A DNA stretch of 64,000 nucleotides, from positions 224,001 to 288,000 of the forward strand of contig JBIJDH010000004.1 of assembly GCA_044344255.1 (NCBI GenBank), read 5' to 3'. Of the stretch, positions 20,250 through 31,700 are shown in pieces. A program made the translations under genes and the position numbers. The DNA is from Myxococcota bacterium. Its GTDB lineage: Bacteria; Myxococcota_A; UBA796; UBA2385. The first letter of the stretch is position 1, and the number at the start of each line of letters is the position of its first letter. A model generated the notes under the pieces. It saw only the letters and a program-made list of their open reading frames with translations, did no database searches and was not told the origin of the DNA.

Positions 20250-21431
20250 TCAGCCCTCGCGCTCGAAGACCGCCGCCGCGCCCATGCCGCCGCCGATGCA
20301 CATCGAGACGACGCCGTAGCGGCTGCCGCGGCGCTTCATCTCGTGGAGCAGGGAGGCGGTGAGCTTGGCGCCCGTGCAGCCCAAGGGGTGACCGAGGGCG
20401 ATGGCGCCGCCGTTCACGTTGACCTTGGCGGCGTCGATGCCGAGCTCGCGCACGCAGTAGACGGCCTGGCTGGCGAAGGCCTCGTTGATCTCGAAGACGT
20501 CGATGTCTTCGACCGCCACGCCGGCCTTCTTGGCGGCGACGGGGATGGCGGCGGCGGGGCCGATGCCCATCACCGCGGGGTCCACGCCGACGACCGCGTA
20601 GGAGCGCAGCACGCCGAGGATCGGCAGGCCCTGGGCCTCGGCGGCCTCTCGCGCCATGACGAGGGTGGCGGCGGCGCCGTCGCTCATCTGGCTCGAGTTG
20701 CCGGCGGTGGTGGTGCCGGTGGTCGAGAAGGCGGGCTTGAGCTTGGAGAGCCCCTCCGCCGTGGTGTCGCCGCGCACGCCGTCATCGATGGTGATGGTGG
20801 TGTCGGTCCAGGCGCCGTCCTTGTACAGGCGGGTCGCGACCGGCACGATCTCGTCGGTGAACTTGCCATCGCGGATGGCGGCGGCCGCCTTCTGGTGTGA
20901 GGAAGCAGCGAAGGCGTCCTGGTCGGCCCGGGAGACGTTGTAGCGCTTGGCCACGTTCTCCGAGGTGATGCCCATCGGCGTGTAGATCTCGGGGTGCTCC
21001 GCCATGATGGTCGGGTTCGGGCTCGGCCGGTCCCCGCCCATCGGGATCTGGGACATGGACTCCACGCCCCCCGAGATGCCGGCGTCGTACCAGCCGGCGT
21101 TGATGCTGGCCGCCACCTGCGCGAGGGACTGGAGGCCCGACGAGCAGAAGCGATTGATGGTCATCGCGGGGACGCTGTCGGGCACGCCGGCCGCGAGGGC
21201 AGCGATGCGGGCCACGTTCATGCCCTGCTCGCCTTCGGGCATCGCGGTGCCGATGACGACGTCACCCACCTGGGTGGCGTCGAAGCCGGGCACCCGCTCG
21301 AGCAGGCCACGGATGGCGATGGTGATGAGGTCGTCGGGGCGGGTGTCCTTGAGACCACCACGCTTGGCCTTGGTGACGGGGGTGCGGACCGCCGCCACCA
21401 CGACCGCGTCCCGGGGGTTCTTCTGTGCCAT
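20250..21431 (-). CDS. fadA: Acetyl-CoA C-acyltransferase (thiolase)
   Basis: INRFCSSGLQ, NEAFA, GGAIALGHPLG, SMCIGGGMG. Start at ATG 21431. Confidence 0.95.
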   Translation of the reverse strand: MAQKNPRDAVVVAAVRTPVTKAKRGGLKDTRPDDLITIAIRGLLERVPGFDATQVGDVVIGTAMPEGEQGMNVARIAALAAGVPDSVPAMTINRFCSSGLQSLAQVAASINAGWYDAGISGGVESMSQIPMGGDRPSPNPTIMAEHPEIYTPMGITSENVAKRYNVSRADQDAFAASSHQKAAAAIRDGKFTDEIVPVATRLYKDGAWTDTTITIDDGVRGDTTAEGLSKLKPAFSTTGTTTAGNSSQMSDGAAATLVMAREAAEAQGLPILGVLRSYAVVGVDPAVMGIGPAAAIPVAAKKAGVAVEDIDVFEINEAFASQAVYCVRELGIDAAKVNVNGGAIALGHPLGCTGAKLTASLLHEMKRRGSRYGVVSMCIGGGMGAAAVFEREG

Positions 21432-21486
21432 TGGAAACACTCCGAATTCAGGTACGAAGGAAGTCGGAAACTGTGGTGGGAGCGGA

Positions 21487-23889
21487 TCAGTTCCGGAGGG
21501 GCTTGCCCTTCTCCAGCATGTACATGATGCGGGCCTGGGTGCCCTCGGTGCCGCAGAGGCTGAGGAAGGCCTCGCGCTCGAGCTCGAGGATGCGCTCCTC
21601 GGTGACCCAGGTGCCGTTCGGCACGTCGCCGCCGGTGAGCACGCGGGCGAGCTGCTTCGAGACGACCAGGTCATGGTCGGTGGCGAAGCCGCCCTCGTGC
21701 ATCTGGTAGAGGAAGAGCTCGATCGCGGCGCGGCCCTGCGAGCCGGGCAGCTTGAACTTCCGCTTGCGGGGCGGCTGGTAGCCCGAGGCGGCGAGGCCGA
21801 GGCCGACGCGCTTCGCGCTCTGGATGAGGGAGTCGGGGTCGAGGATGACGCTGTCGGTCGGGCGGAGGTAGCCGATGGCCCGGGCCTCTTCGGCCGACAC
21901 CGCCACCTTCGCGAGGCCGATGCTCTTGAAGGCGGCCTGCACGAAGGGGTTGGGGTCGTACTCGGTGCCCTCGGGGATGTCGCCGAGGTAGCGCGCGAGC
22001 ATCTCCTTACAGCCGCCGCCGGCGGGGATGAGGCCCACGCCGACCTCGACGAGGCCCATGTAGGTCTCACCGGCGGCCCGGGTGTGGGCGCACTGCATCG
22101 CGATCTCAGCGCCGCCGCCGAGCACGAGGCCCCAGGGTGCGGTGACCACGGGGACGCGGCTGTACTTGGCGCGCTGGAGCACGTTCTGGAGGCGGGTGAT
22201 CATCGCCCCCAGCTGCTCCCACTCCTGCGACATCGCCGCGGTGCCCACCATCATCAGGTTGGCGCCGGCGCAGAAGGCCGGCCCGCCCTGGTTGCCGACG
22301 ACGATGGACTTCCAGCGGCCGGCCTCTGCCTCATCGAGCGCCTGCTCGTAGAGGCCGATGATGGCGTCGTCGATCGCGTTCATCTTGGTGTGGAAGGAGA
22401 GGCAGACCACGCCGTCGCCGAGGTCGATGAGGTCAGCGGAGTCGTTGCTGTGGACGACGTTGCTCTTGTGGACGGTGACGTCCTTGAGGAACAACCAGTC
22501 CTCGCTCATCGGCACGCGCTTGGCGCTGGCGGTGGTCGGGTCCCAGTAGGTCTGGAAGCCGGCCTCGTCGCGGCCGTAGAAGCTGGCGCGGCCGGTGGCC
22601 AGCATCGCCTTGACCCAGGCGGGCACCTCGCGGCCCTCGGCCTCCATCCGGGCGACGGTGGCGGCGACGCCGATGCCGTCCCAGCCCTCGAAGGGGCCCA
22701 TGTCCCAGGCGAAGCCCCAGCGCATGGCCCGGTCGATGTTGACGATGTCGTCGGCGATCTCGGGGATGCGGTTGGCCGAGTAGATGAGGGTGTCGGCCGT
22801 GCAGGCCCAGGCGATCTGGGAGGCCTTGTCGTCGCCCTGGAGCACGATCTGGGTGGAGACGGAGGGGTCGTCGGCGAAGGGGCGGGCGGCGCCGAGGCTG
22901 GCGAAGCGGACCTTGGCCGAGGGGGCGTACTGCCCCGTCTTCCAGTTGCGGGCGAGGATGGTCTTACCGCCGTCGCCGCGCAGCTTCTGGTAGAAGCCCT
23001 TGCCGGTCTTGTCGCCGAGGGCGCCCTCGGCCACCATCTGCTTGAGCCAGGGGGGGCTCACGAACCAGTCGCGACGTTCGTCTTCGGGGCAGCCGTCGTA
23101 GACGTTGGCCAGCACGTGGTCGAGGGTGTCGAGGCCGACGAGGTCGCCCGTCCGGAAGACGGCCGACTTCGGGCGGCCGAGCGGCTTGCCGAAGATGGCG
23201 TCGACCTCCTCCACCGAGAGGTCAAAGGCCTCCATGTGGCGGAAGACGCTCACGATGCCGAAGGTGCCGATGCGGTTGGCGACGAAGTTCGGCGTGTCCT
23301 TGCCGTAGACGATGCCCTTGCCGAGCGTCTTCTCGCCGAAGGAGGCCACGGCGGCCGTCACCGCGGGGAGGGTCTCGGGGCCGCTCACGAGCTCGAGCAG
23401 CCGCATGTAGCGGACCGGGTTGAAGAAGTGGGTGATGAGGAAGTGCTGGCGCATCTCCTCGGGCATGGAGGCCGCCATGTCGACCAGCTTGAGGCCCGAC
23501 GTGTTGGAGGCGACGATGGAGCCCGGGCGGCGGTGGGTGGCGACCCACTCGTAGACGCGGCTCTTGATGTCGAGGCGCTCGACCACCACCTCGATGACGA
23601 GGTCACAGCCGGCGAGGAGCGCGCCGTCGTCGTCGTAGTTGGCCGGAGAGATGAGGGCGGAGAGGTCAGCCCGGAAGAAGGCGGCGGGCTTGAGCTTGGC
23701 GGCGTTGGCGATGCCGTCGATCGCGAGCTTCGAGCGGGGCTCTCCAGCGACCAGCGTGCGGGGCACGATGTCGAAGAGGATGGAGGGGATGCCGGCGTTG
23801 GCCAGGTGGGCGGCGATGCCCTGACCCATCACACCGGCTCCAAGCACGGCCACCTTTCGAATTGGGTAGGCCTTGGGCTGGGAGACCAT
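21487..23889 (-). CDS. fadN: 3-hydroxyacyl-CoA dehydrogenase/enoyl-CoA hydratase (FadN-type, dehydrogenase domain first)
   Basis: GAGVMG Rossmann motif, SNTSG, HFFNPVRYM, FCAGANL, GLVEVGVGLIPAGGG, GKPLRN C-terminus. Confidence 0.92.
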   Translation of the reverse strand: MVSQPKAYPIRKVAVLGAGVMGQGIAAHLANAGIPSILFDIVPRTLVAGEPRSKLAIDGIANAAKLKPAAFFRADLSALISPANYDDDGALLAGCDLVIEVVVERLDIKSRVYEWVATHRRPGSIVASNTSGLKLVDMAASMPEEMRQHFLITHFFNPVRYMRLLELVSGPETLPAVTAAVASFGEKTLGKGIVYGKDTPNFVANRIGTFGIVSVFRHMEAFDLSVEEVDAIFGKPLGRPKSAVFRTGDLVGLDTLDHVLANVYDGCPEDERRDWFVSPPWLKQMVAEGALGDKTGKGFYQKLRGDGGKTILARNWKTGQYAPSAKVRFASLGAARPFADDPSVSTQIVLQGDDKASQIAWACTADTLIYSANRIPEIADDIVNIDRAMRWGFAWDMGPFEGWDGIGVAATVARMEAEGREVPAWVKAMLATGRASFYGRDEAGFQTYWDPTTASAKRVPMSEDWLFLKDVTVHKSNVVHSNDSADLIDLGDGVVCLSFHTKMNAIDDAIIGLYEQALDEAEAGRWKSIVVGNQGGPAFCAGANLMMVGTAAMSQEWEQLGAMITRLQNVLQRAKYSRVPVVTAPWGLVLGGGAEIAMQCAHTRAAGETYMGLVEVGVGLIPAGGGCKEMLARYLGDIPEGTEYDPNPFVQAAFKSIGLAKVAVSAEEARAIGYLRPTDSVILDPDSLIQSAKRVGLGLAASGYQPPRKRKFKLPGSQGRAAIELFLYQMHEGGFATDHDLVVSKQLARVLTGGDVPNGTWVTEERILELEREAFLSLCGTEGTQARIMYMLEKGKPLRN

Positions 23890-24069
23890 GGGACGCGCTC
23901 CAAAGTTGGGGAGAGGTGCTGAATGAACCCTCATTCAGTGACGCGCTTATCCCCGCCCCTCGGGGGGCGCACGCTGACCCGGGTCGGGGATCTGTGAGGA
24001 GCTTGATCCGCGACCCTGGCGCGGCTACGCGGGAGAGGCCCCGCCTTCGGTCGGGCCGCCGCGGCCTTC

Positions 24070-25716
<1,647 letters not shown>

Positions 25717-25724
25717 CGCGGCGC

Positions 25725-25764
25725 GGCGGACGGCGGACGGCGGACGGCGGAGGGCGGACGGCGG
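25725..25764. repeat. 7-bp tandem repeat (ggcggac), about 5.7 copies, in the convergent intergenic gap
   Basis: Directly visible. Confidence 0.85.
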
Positions 25765-25765
25765 C

Positions 25766-26227
25766 TCAGGCGAGCGATCGACAGTAGGTGACGCAGTCGT
25801 CCCCGGGCTGGTAGTAGTCCTTCACCCGCCCCACCTCGAGGTAGCCGGCCTCCTCGTAGAAGCGCCGTGTGCGCGCATAGTCGGGGCGACCGCTCGTCTC
25901 GAGCACGAGCCTCGCGCCACCGCGCTCCGTCACCAGCGCCTCCCCCGCCGCGAGCAGGTTGCGCCCGCTGCCGAGGCCTTGGGCCTCCGGGCTGACCGCG
26001 ATCCAGTAGAGGTGCCAGGAGGAGCGGGTCGCGGCGATGGGCCCGACGCAGATGTAGCCGATGACGCTCCCGCCGCGCTCGAGCACGAGGTGGGGGTAGG
26101 CGTCGGTGGACAAGCCAAGCTGCATCACCTCGAAGGCGAGCGCCTGCTCTTCGAGGGAGAAGGCGCCGCAGCGGCGGGTGATCGGGAGCAGGTGCTCCAC
26201 ATCGGACAGCAGCATGGGGCGGATCAT
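25766..26227 (-). CDS. GNAT family N-acetyltransferase
   Basis: LYWIAVSPEAQGLGSG acetyl-CoA motif, LETSGRPDY, FYEEAGY. The ATG overlaps the upstream stop. Confidence 0.9.
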   Translation of the reverse strand: MIRPMLLSDVEHLLPITRRCGAFSLEEQALAFEVMQLGLSTDAYPHLVLERGGSVIGYICVGPIAATRSSWHLYWIAVSPEAQGLGSGRNLLAAGEALVTERGGARLVLETSGRPDYARTRRFYEEAGYLEVGRVKDYYQPGDDCVTYCRSLA

Positions 26228-27132
26228 CGCGCGATCTCCACCTGGAAGCGGATGAAGTCGGCCCAGGACCATCCTGCAGAGAGCACGGCCCGCGCCATTC
26301 CCGAGGTGGAGGTGAGCCCGTCGTCGGGGGTGAGATCGGGGTTCGGGTTCACGTCGATCACCCGCGGTCGGCCCTCGGCGTCGAGCCGCAGGTCCATCCT
26401 CGCGTAGCCCCAGAGCCCGATCGCCGCCCAGGCCCCGCGGGCCGCTTGGAGCAGCTCCGCCGCCAGCGCCGGCGAGACGTCGGCCGGGTACGTGGTCGTG
26501 GTGCCCCGATAGTCGTCGCTGGTGGGGAGCCACTTGGCCTCCCACGTCAGGAAGGGCCGGTGCGCCGGGAAGCGGACCTCGCCGACGGCGGCGTGCTCCG
26601 CCTCGCGCCCCCAGAGGGCCACCACCAGCTCCCGGCCGGGCAGGTAATCCTCGACCACCACCTCGCCGAGCCGGGCGCGCTGGGCCTCCACCTCGGTCGC
26701 GTCCCGGCAGAGGCAGCCGGCCTCGATGCCCGCCGAGCCGTGCTCCGCGACGGGCTTGACGAAGGCCGGCAGGCCCCCAGAGCCGGGGATGGGCACGCTG
26801 GCCGCGCGCAAGAGGGCCCGCACGCGGTCTTTGCGGTGACAGAGGGCGAGGGCCTCGCTGCCCGCGCCGGTGTGCCGCTGCCCGAGCCATGCGAGCAGCG
26901 CGGGGACGTGCGGCTCCCAGGTCGGCACGCCGCAGGGCGCCTCGCAGAGGTTGAAGACCACGTCGGGGCGGTGGCGGTGGAGCAGGGCCAGGAGCTCGCC
27001 CGGCTCACCTCGGACCCCCTCCACGACCACGTCTTCGAGGGCGGCGGCCACGCCGGCGGCGGGGAGCGAGAGGTCGGTGTCGATGAGGGTGGGATCGGCG
27101 GGCAGGGTGTGCAGGACGAGCGTGCGGGTCAC
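26224..27132 (-). CDS. D-Ala-D-Ala-ligase-like ATP-grasp enzyme
   Basis: VFNLCE, FVKPVAEHGSAGI, EDYLPGRE, GYARMDLR, IDVNPNPDL. Confidence 0.85.
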   Translation of the reverse strand: MTRTLVLHTLPADPTLIDTDLSLPAAGVAAALEDVVVEGVRGEPGELLALLHRHRPDVVFNLCEAPCGVPTWEPHVPALLAWLGQRHTGAGSEALALCHRKDRVRALLRAASVPIPGSGGLPAFVKPVAEHGSAGIEAGCLCRDATEVEAQRARLGEVVVEDYLPGRELVVALWGREAEHAAVGEVRFPAHRPFLTWEAKWLPTSDDYRGTTTTYPADVSPALAAELLQAARGAWAAIGLWGYARMDLRLDAEGRPRVIDVNPNPDLTPDDGLTSTSGMARAVLSAGWSWADFIRFQVEIAR

Positions 27133-27270
27133 GTCGTGGGCTCTTCGGGGCTCGGGTGGGTCGCGCCTCTCCCGAGGGGGGCGCGGGACCCGTATCCGAC
27201 CGCTGGCGAGGCGACCGCGCGGGTCGAGATCTGGCGCCCGCTCATCCGTGCAGCACGTTAGGCAGCGCCG

Positions 27271-28752
27271 GTGAACAGCACCCAGGACGCCGCTCCGCTC
27301 TTTGCTTCACGCCGCAGCGAGGCTGGGGGCGATCGGCTCGCGTTGTCCCTGGTCTGGTCGCGGGAAGAGCCCCACCGTGTCGGAGAGATCGTGCTCCCCG
27401 GCCCCACGCCAGCGGTCCTCGGTCGCGGGCCGGCGCTCGGCGCGGGTCGCCTGGGCCTCGGGCGCGCCCGCCCGGGCTCGACGTGGGACCCCTCCCAGCT
27501 CGGCTCACCGCGCATCTCTCGAGACCAGCTTCGACTGTGGACCGAGGGCGGGAGCCTCCGCGTCGAGAACGTGGGGCGCTGCCGGCTGCTCGTTGATGGC
27601 GCGGCGGTGACCGAGGTCACCGTCGACCCGCACGACCAGGTCTTGCTCGAAGACGAGGCCCTCTTCATCGTCGTCCGGCGTCCCTGGCCGGTCACCGCCT
27701 GGAGCGCCACGCCGCGCCCGCCGCGCTTCCCCTTCGGAGAGGCGGATGAGGACGGGCTCGTCGGCGAGAGCCCGGCGATGTGGGCCTTACGCAGCCAGCT
27801 CGCCCTGCTCGGGCCGCGGGCCGCCCACGTCTTGGTGCGGGGCGAGAGCGGCACGGGCAAGGAGCTCGTGGCGCGGGGTCTCCACCGCCGGTCGACGCGC
27901 GCCTCCCGAGCGCTGGTCGCGCGAAACGCCGCCACCCTCCCCGCCACCCTGGTCGACGCCGAGCTCTTCGGAAACGCGCGGAACTACCCGAACCCGGGCA
28001 TGGCCGAGCGCCCGGGGCTCGTGGGTGAGGCCGATGGCGGCAGCCTCTTCCTCGATGAGTTCGCCGAGCTGCCGGTCGAGGCCCAGGCCCACCTCCTCCG
28101 CGTGCTCGACCAGGGGGAGTACCACCGCCTCGGGGAGGCCAAGGCCCGCGTGGCCGACCTCCGCCTGATCGCGGCCACCAACCGGCCAGAGACCGCGATC
28201 AAGCACGACGTGCTGGCGCGGATGCCGCTGCGGGTGGAGCTCCCCCCGCTCACCGCGCGCCCCGAAGACGTGCCCCTGCTGCTTCGGCACCTCCTCTTGG
28301 GCATCACCCGCCGCGATCCTGCGCTGATGGCCCAGCTCATCGGCCCCACCGGGCTCCCTCGCACCACGCCGGGCCTCATCGCGGGGCTCTGTCGGTGGCG
28401 GTGGACCACCCACGTGCGGGAGCTCGAGCAGCTCCTCTGGAGGGCGATCGGCGAGGCCACGGACGGCCTGCTCGACTGGCCCCGGGGCCTCGACGCCCGG
28501 CCCGCCGCCGCGCGGCCCGTCACGCCCCTGGGGCCGCTCGTCGATCCCGAAGAGGCGGAGCGGGGTGACGGAGACAGCGGTGGGGTCGATCCCGAGACCC
28601 TCGATCCCGCTCATGTGCAGGATGTCCTCGACGAACATGGGGGCCAACAGGAGCCCGCCTGGCGCGCCCTCGGGCTCGCGAGCCGGCATGTGCTCACCCG
28701 GCTCGTCAAGAAGCACGGGCTCCGGGTGCGGGGCCGCAGGGGCCCCGCTTGA
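27271..28752 (+). CDS. FHA-like + AAA+ + HTH enhancer-binding-protein-type regulator with a non-canonical L1 loop
   Basis: FHA-like LGR...ISRDQ...EN; Walker A GESGTGKE; ELFGNARNYPNPG in place of ELFGHxxGAFTGA; FLDE; IAATNR; C-terminal Fis-type HTH. Confidence 0.88.
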   Translation: MNSTQDAAPLFASRRSEAGGDRLALSLVWSREEPHRVGEIVLPGPTPAVLGRGPALGAGRLGLGRARPGSTWDPSQLGSPRISRDQLRLWTEGGSLRVENVGRCRLLVDGAAVTEVTVDPHDQVLLEDEALFIVVRRPWPVTAWSATPRPPRFPFGEADEDGLVGESPAMWALRSQLALLGPRAAHVLVRGESGTGKELVARGLHRRSTRASRALVARNAATLPATLVDAELFGNARNYPNPGMAERPGLVGEADGGSLFLDEFAELPVEAQAHLLRVLDQGEYHRLGEAKARVADLRLIAATNRPETAIKHDVLARMPLRVELPPLTARPEDVPLLLRHLLLGITRRDPALMAQLIGPTGLPRTTPGLIAGLCRWRWTTHVRELEQLLWRAIGEATDGLLDWPRGLDARPAAARPVTPLGPLVDPEEAERGDGDSGGVDPETLDPAHVQDVLDEHGGQQEPAWRALGLASRHVLTRLVKKHGLRVRGRRGPA

Positions 28753-31700
28753 CGAGCTGGGTACTCCCCGATCAGTTCGATGGGCTGCGGGTCGTGAGGG
28801 CGCTCGGCCGCGGGGGGATGGGCGCGGTTTACCTCGCGCACGACGTCGCCCTGGATCGCCCGACCGCCCTCAAGCTGATCAGCGCCGAGGAGCCCACGAG
28901 CGCGCTGCGTTCGCGCTTCCTCGTCGAGGCCCGCGCCCTGGCCCGGCTCCAGCACCCCAACGTGGTCGGGGTGTATCGGTTCGGTGAGGTCGATGGCCGG
29001 CCCTACCTCGCCTACGAGTTCGTCGAGGGGGGCTCCCTCGCCGGTGTGGGCCAGATGCCGTGGGTGCGGGCGCTGAGCATCTGCGCGCAGGTGGCCCGCG
29101 GTATGGCCGCCTCCCATGAGCGGGGGGTGGTGCACCGGGACATCAAGCCGGCCAACATCATGGTCGGCGTCGACGGGTCGGTGAAGCTGCTCGACTTCGG
29201 CCTCGCCGTCCTCGGCGCCACCGGAGATCGACCCGCCCAGGCCCTCACCCTCGACGGCCGCGTCGTGGGCACCCCCGCCTACATGGCCCCCGAACGCTGG
29301 CTCGGCGAGGCCCCCTCTCCGGCCGCCGACGTCTGGGCTTGGGCGATGGTCTTCCGCCTCCTGCTCACAGGCTCCCACCCCTTGGAGGGGGTGCCGGTCT
29401 CCGAGCTGCCGCGGGAGCTCACCCTCCGGGACCTCCCGCCCTGCAGCAGCGTCCTCCCCGACCTCCCGCCCGTGCTCTCCTCGCTGATCGATCGCTGCCT
29501 CTCCCGCTCGCCGGAGCGCCGGCCCCCCTCCGGCGTCGAGGTGCGGGACGCCCTGGAGGCGGTCACGGCGCTCCTGCTCCCCGCGGGCGGCGGCTCCCCC
29601 ACTGAGGGGCGCATCGGCCTCGTGGGGGCCTCCTTCTCGCGGGTGGCGCAGTCCGTCGAGCTCTTCTCCCGGCGCTTCTATGAGCGCCTCTTCGCCCTCT
29701 CCCCCGGCCTGCGCCCGCTCTTCCCGCTCGACATGTCGAGCCAACGCGACAAGCTGGTCGGCGCCTTGCAGCTCAGCGTACAGTCGCTGCGGGTGCCCGA
29801 GGTGCTGGTCCCCTTGCTTCGGGACCTTGGGCGGCGCCACGCGGCCTACGGGGTCGAGGCGCGGCACTTCGAGCCGGTGGGGGCGGCGCTGCTCGGCGCG
29901 CTGCAAGAGATCGAGGGCAGCGCCTGGACGCCGGCCCTCGCCCAGGCCTGGCAGGCCACCTGGGCCGATCTGGCGCGGCCCGTGCTCGCCGGCCTCGCCG
30001 AGGCGCGGGGAGGGGACACCCTGGGGATGCTCACCGAGGGCGGCGGCGCCATCGCCCGGGTCGCCCTGCCCACCCACCTGCCCCTCTCCGGGCCCTCGGC
30101 GATGGCGACCCCCGCCAGCGACGCCCGCGCCCCCTCGCTCCCGCCGCGGGGCGCAACGCCCTCCAACGGCCCCGGGGCCTCCCGGCCGCCGCTCTCCGCG
30201 CCGCCCCGCGCCTCCGGCTCGTCCCCGCCCCCCTCGCTGCCGTCGCCCTTGACCCGCTTCTTCGGCCGCACGCGGGAGCTCGAGGAGCTCGTCGCCCAGG
30301 TGGCCGAGGGAGTGCGGCTGCTCACGATCCTCGGCATGGGCGGCTCGGGCAAGACCCGCCTCGCCCTCGAGCTCGCCCGGCGCCTGCACGCGGCCAGCCT
30401 CGGACGGCCGGTCGTCTGGGTGGCCCTCGCCGACGCTCGCGACCACGAGGGGGCCCTCTCCCTGATGTTGCGGGCGCTCGGGGTCAAGGACGCCCAAGGC
30501 GAGCCCCTCGATCTCCTCATCGAGACGCTCCACACCCGCCCAGCGCTGATCTTCCTCGACAACGTCGAGGACATCGCCGATGAGCTCGGCGACAGCCTCA
30601 GCGGCGTGCTCGAGCAGTGTCCGGACGCCACCTGCATCATCACCTCCCAGCGCCCGCTCCACATCATGGGGGAGCTGCTCTACCGCCTCGAGCCGCTGCC
30701 GCTGCCCTCCGCCGACGCCGCGACCCTGGAGATCGAGGCCAGCGACGCCGTCGCGCTGCTGATCGACCGCATCCGCCTGCAGCGCCCCACCTTCCGGCCC
30801 GATCCCACCTCGCTCCCGCAGCTCCTGGCGTTGGCCCGCCGCCTCGACGGCATCCCGCTGGCCCTCGAGCTCGTGGCGGTGCGGGTGGGCAAGATGCAGC
30901 TCTCGTCGCTCATCGAGCGGCTGGAGCGTGATCTCGGGCTGATCGAGGACGGCGCCCGAAACCGCCCCGGCCGACAGCGCTCGCTCACCGCCGCGCTCCG
31001 GTGGACGGCCGAGCGCCTCGACCCCGAGCTCCGTGCGCTCTTCTCCGATCTGGCGGTCTTCCCCGGAGAGTTCGGCCTCGAAGACCTGCGCGAAGTGCTC
31101 GGCGTCCCGGTCACCCACGAGGAGCTGGAGTCGCTGATCGAGCACTCCCTCGTGGTGCCCGTCGGCGGCTCCGAGGGGCGCTATCGGATGCTGAGCACCG
31201 TGCGGGCCTACGCCGCCGGCCTGAGCTCTCCCGAGCGCAGCGCGGCCCTCCAGCTCGCCCTGGTCGAGATGATCACCTCGATGGCCGGGAAGTGGATCGA
31301 TCAGCTCGGCACCTCGGAGGCCCAGCGGAGCACCGCGCGCTTGGAGGCGAGCTGGTCCACCCTGCTCGCGGTGGTCGATCTGGCCACCCCCGAGCGGGCC
31401 GCGCACATCCTCGGCCGCGTCCCCGTCTTCGTGATGATGACGAAGCGCTTCGCCGATGTCCTACCCCGCATCGAGCGGCTCTTCGCCAGTGACATCCTGC
31501 CGAAGCTGAGCTCGGACGTGCGAGTGCGCCTCTGCCGGGCCGGCCACCGCCTCAACCTCGTCACCGGCCACGCCGATCGCACCGAGGCCTGGCGGCTCCA
31601 GCTCCTGCACTGCGCGGCCCTGCCGCTCTCGGAAGTCATTCGAGACGGCCTCGACGCCGAGCTCGGTCTCTCGGCCATGGAGCGGGGCAGCTATCGGGAG

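Noticed and set aside
21004..23922. 972-aa + strand ORF (and similar long ORFs at 17386-20301, 28611-31406, 52486-54759 and 54823-57159)
   Set aside because: Each is antisense to a well-supported gene, an expected artefact of strong GC3 bias.
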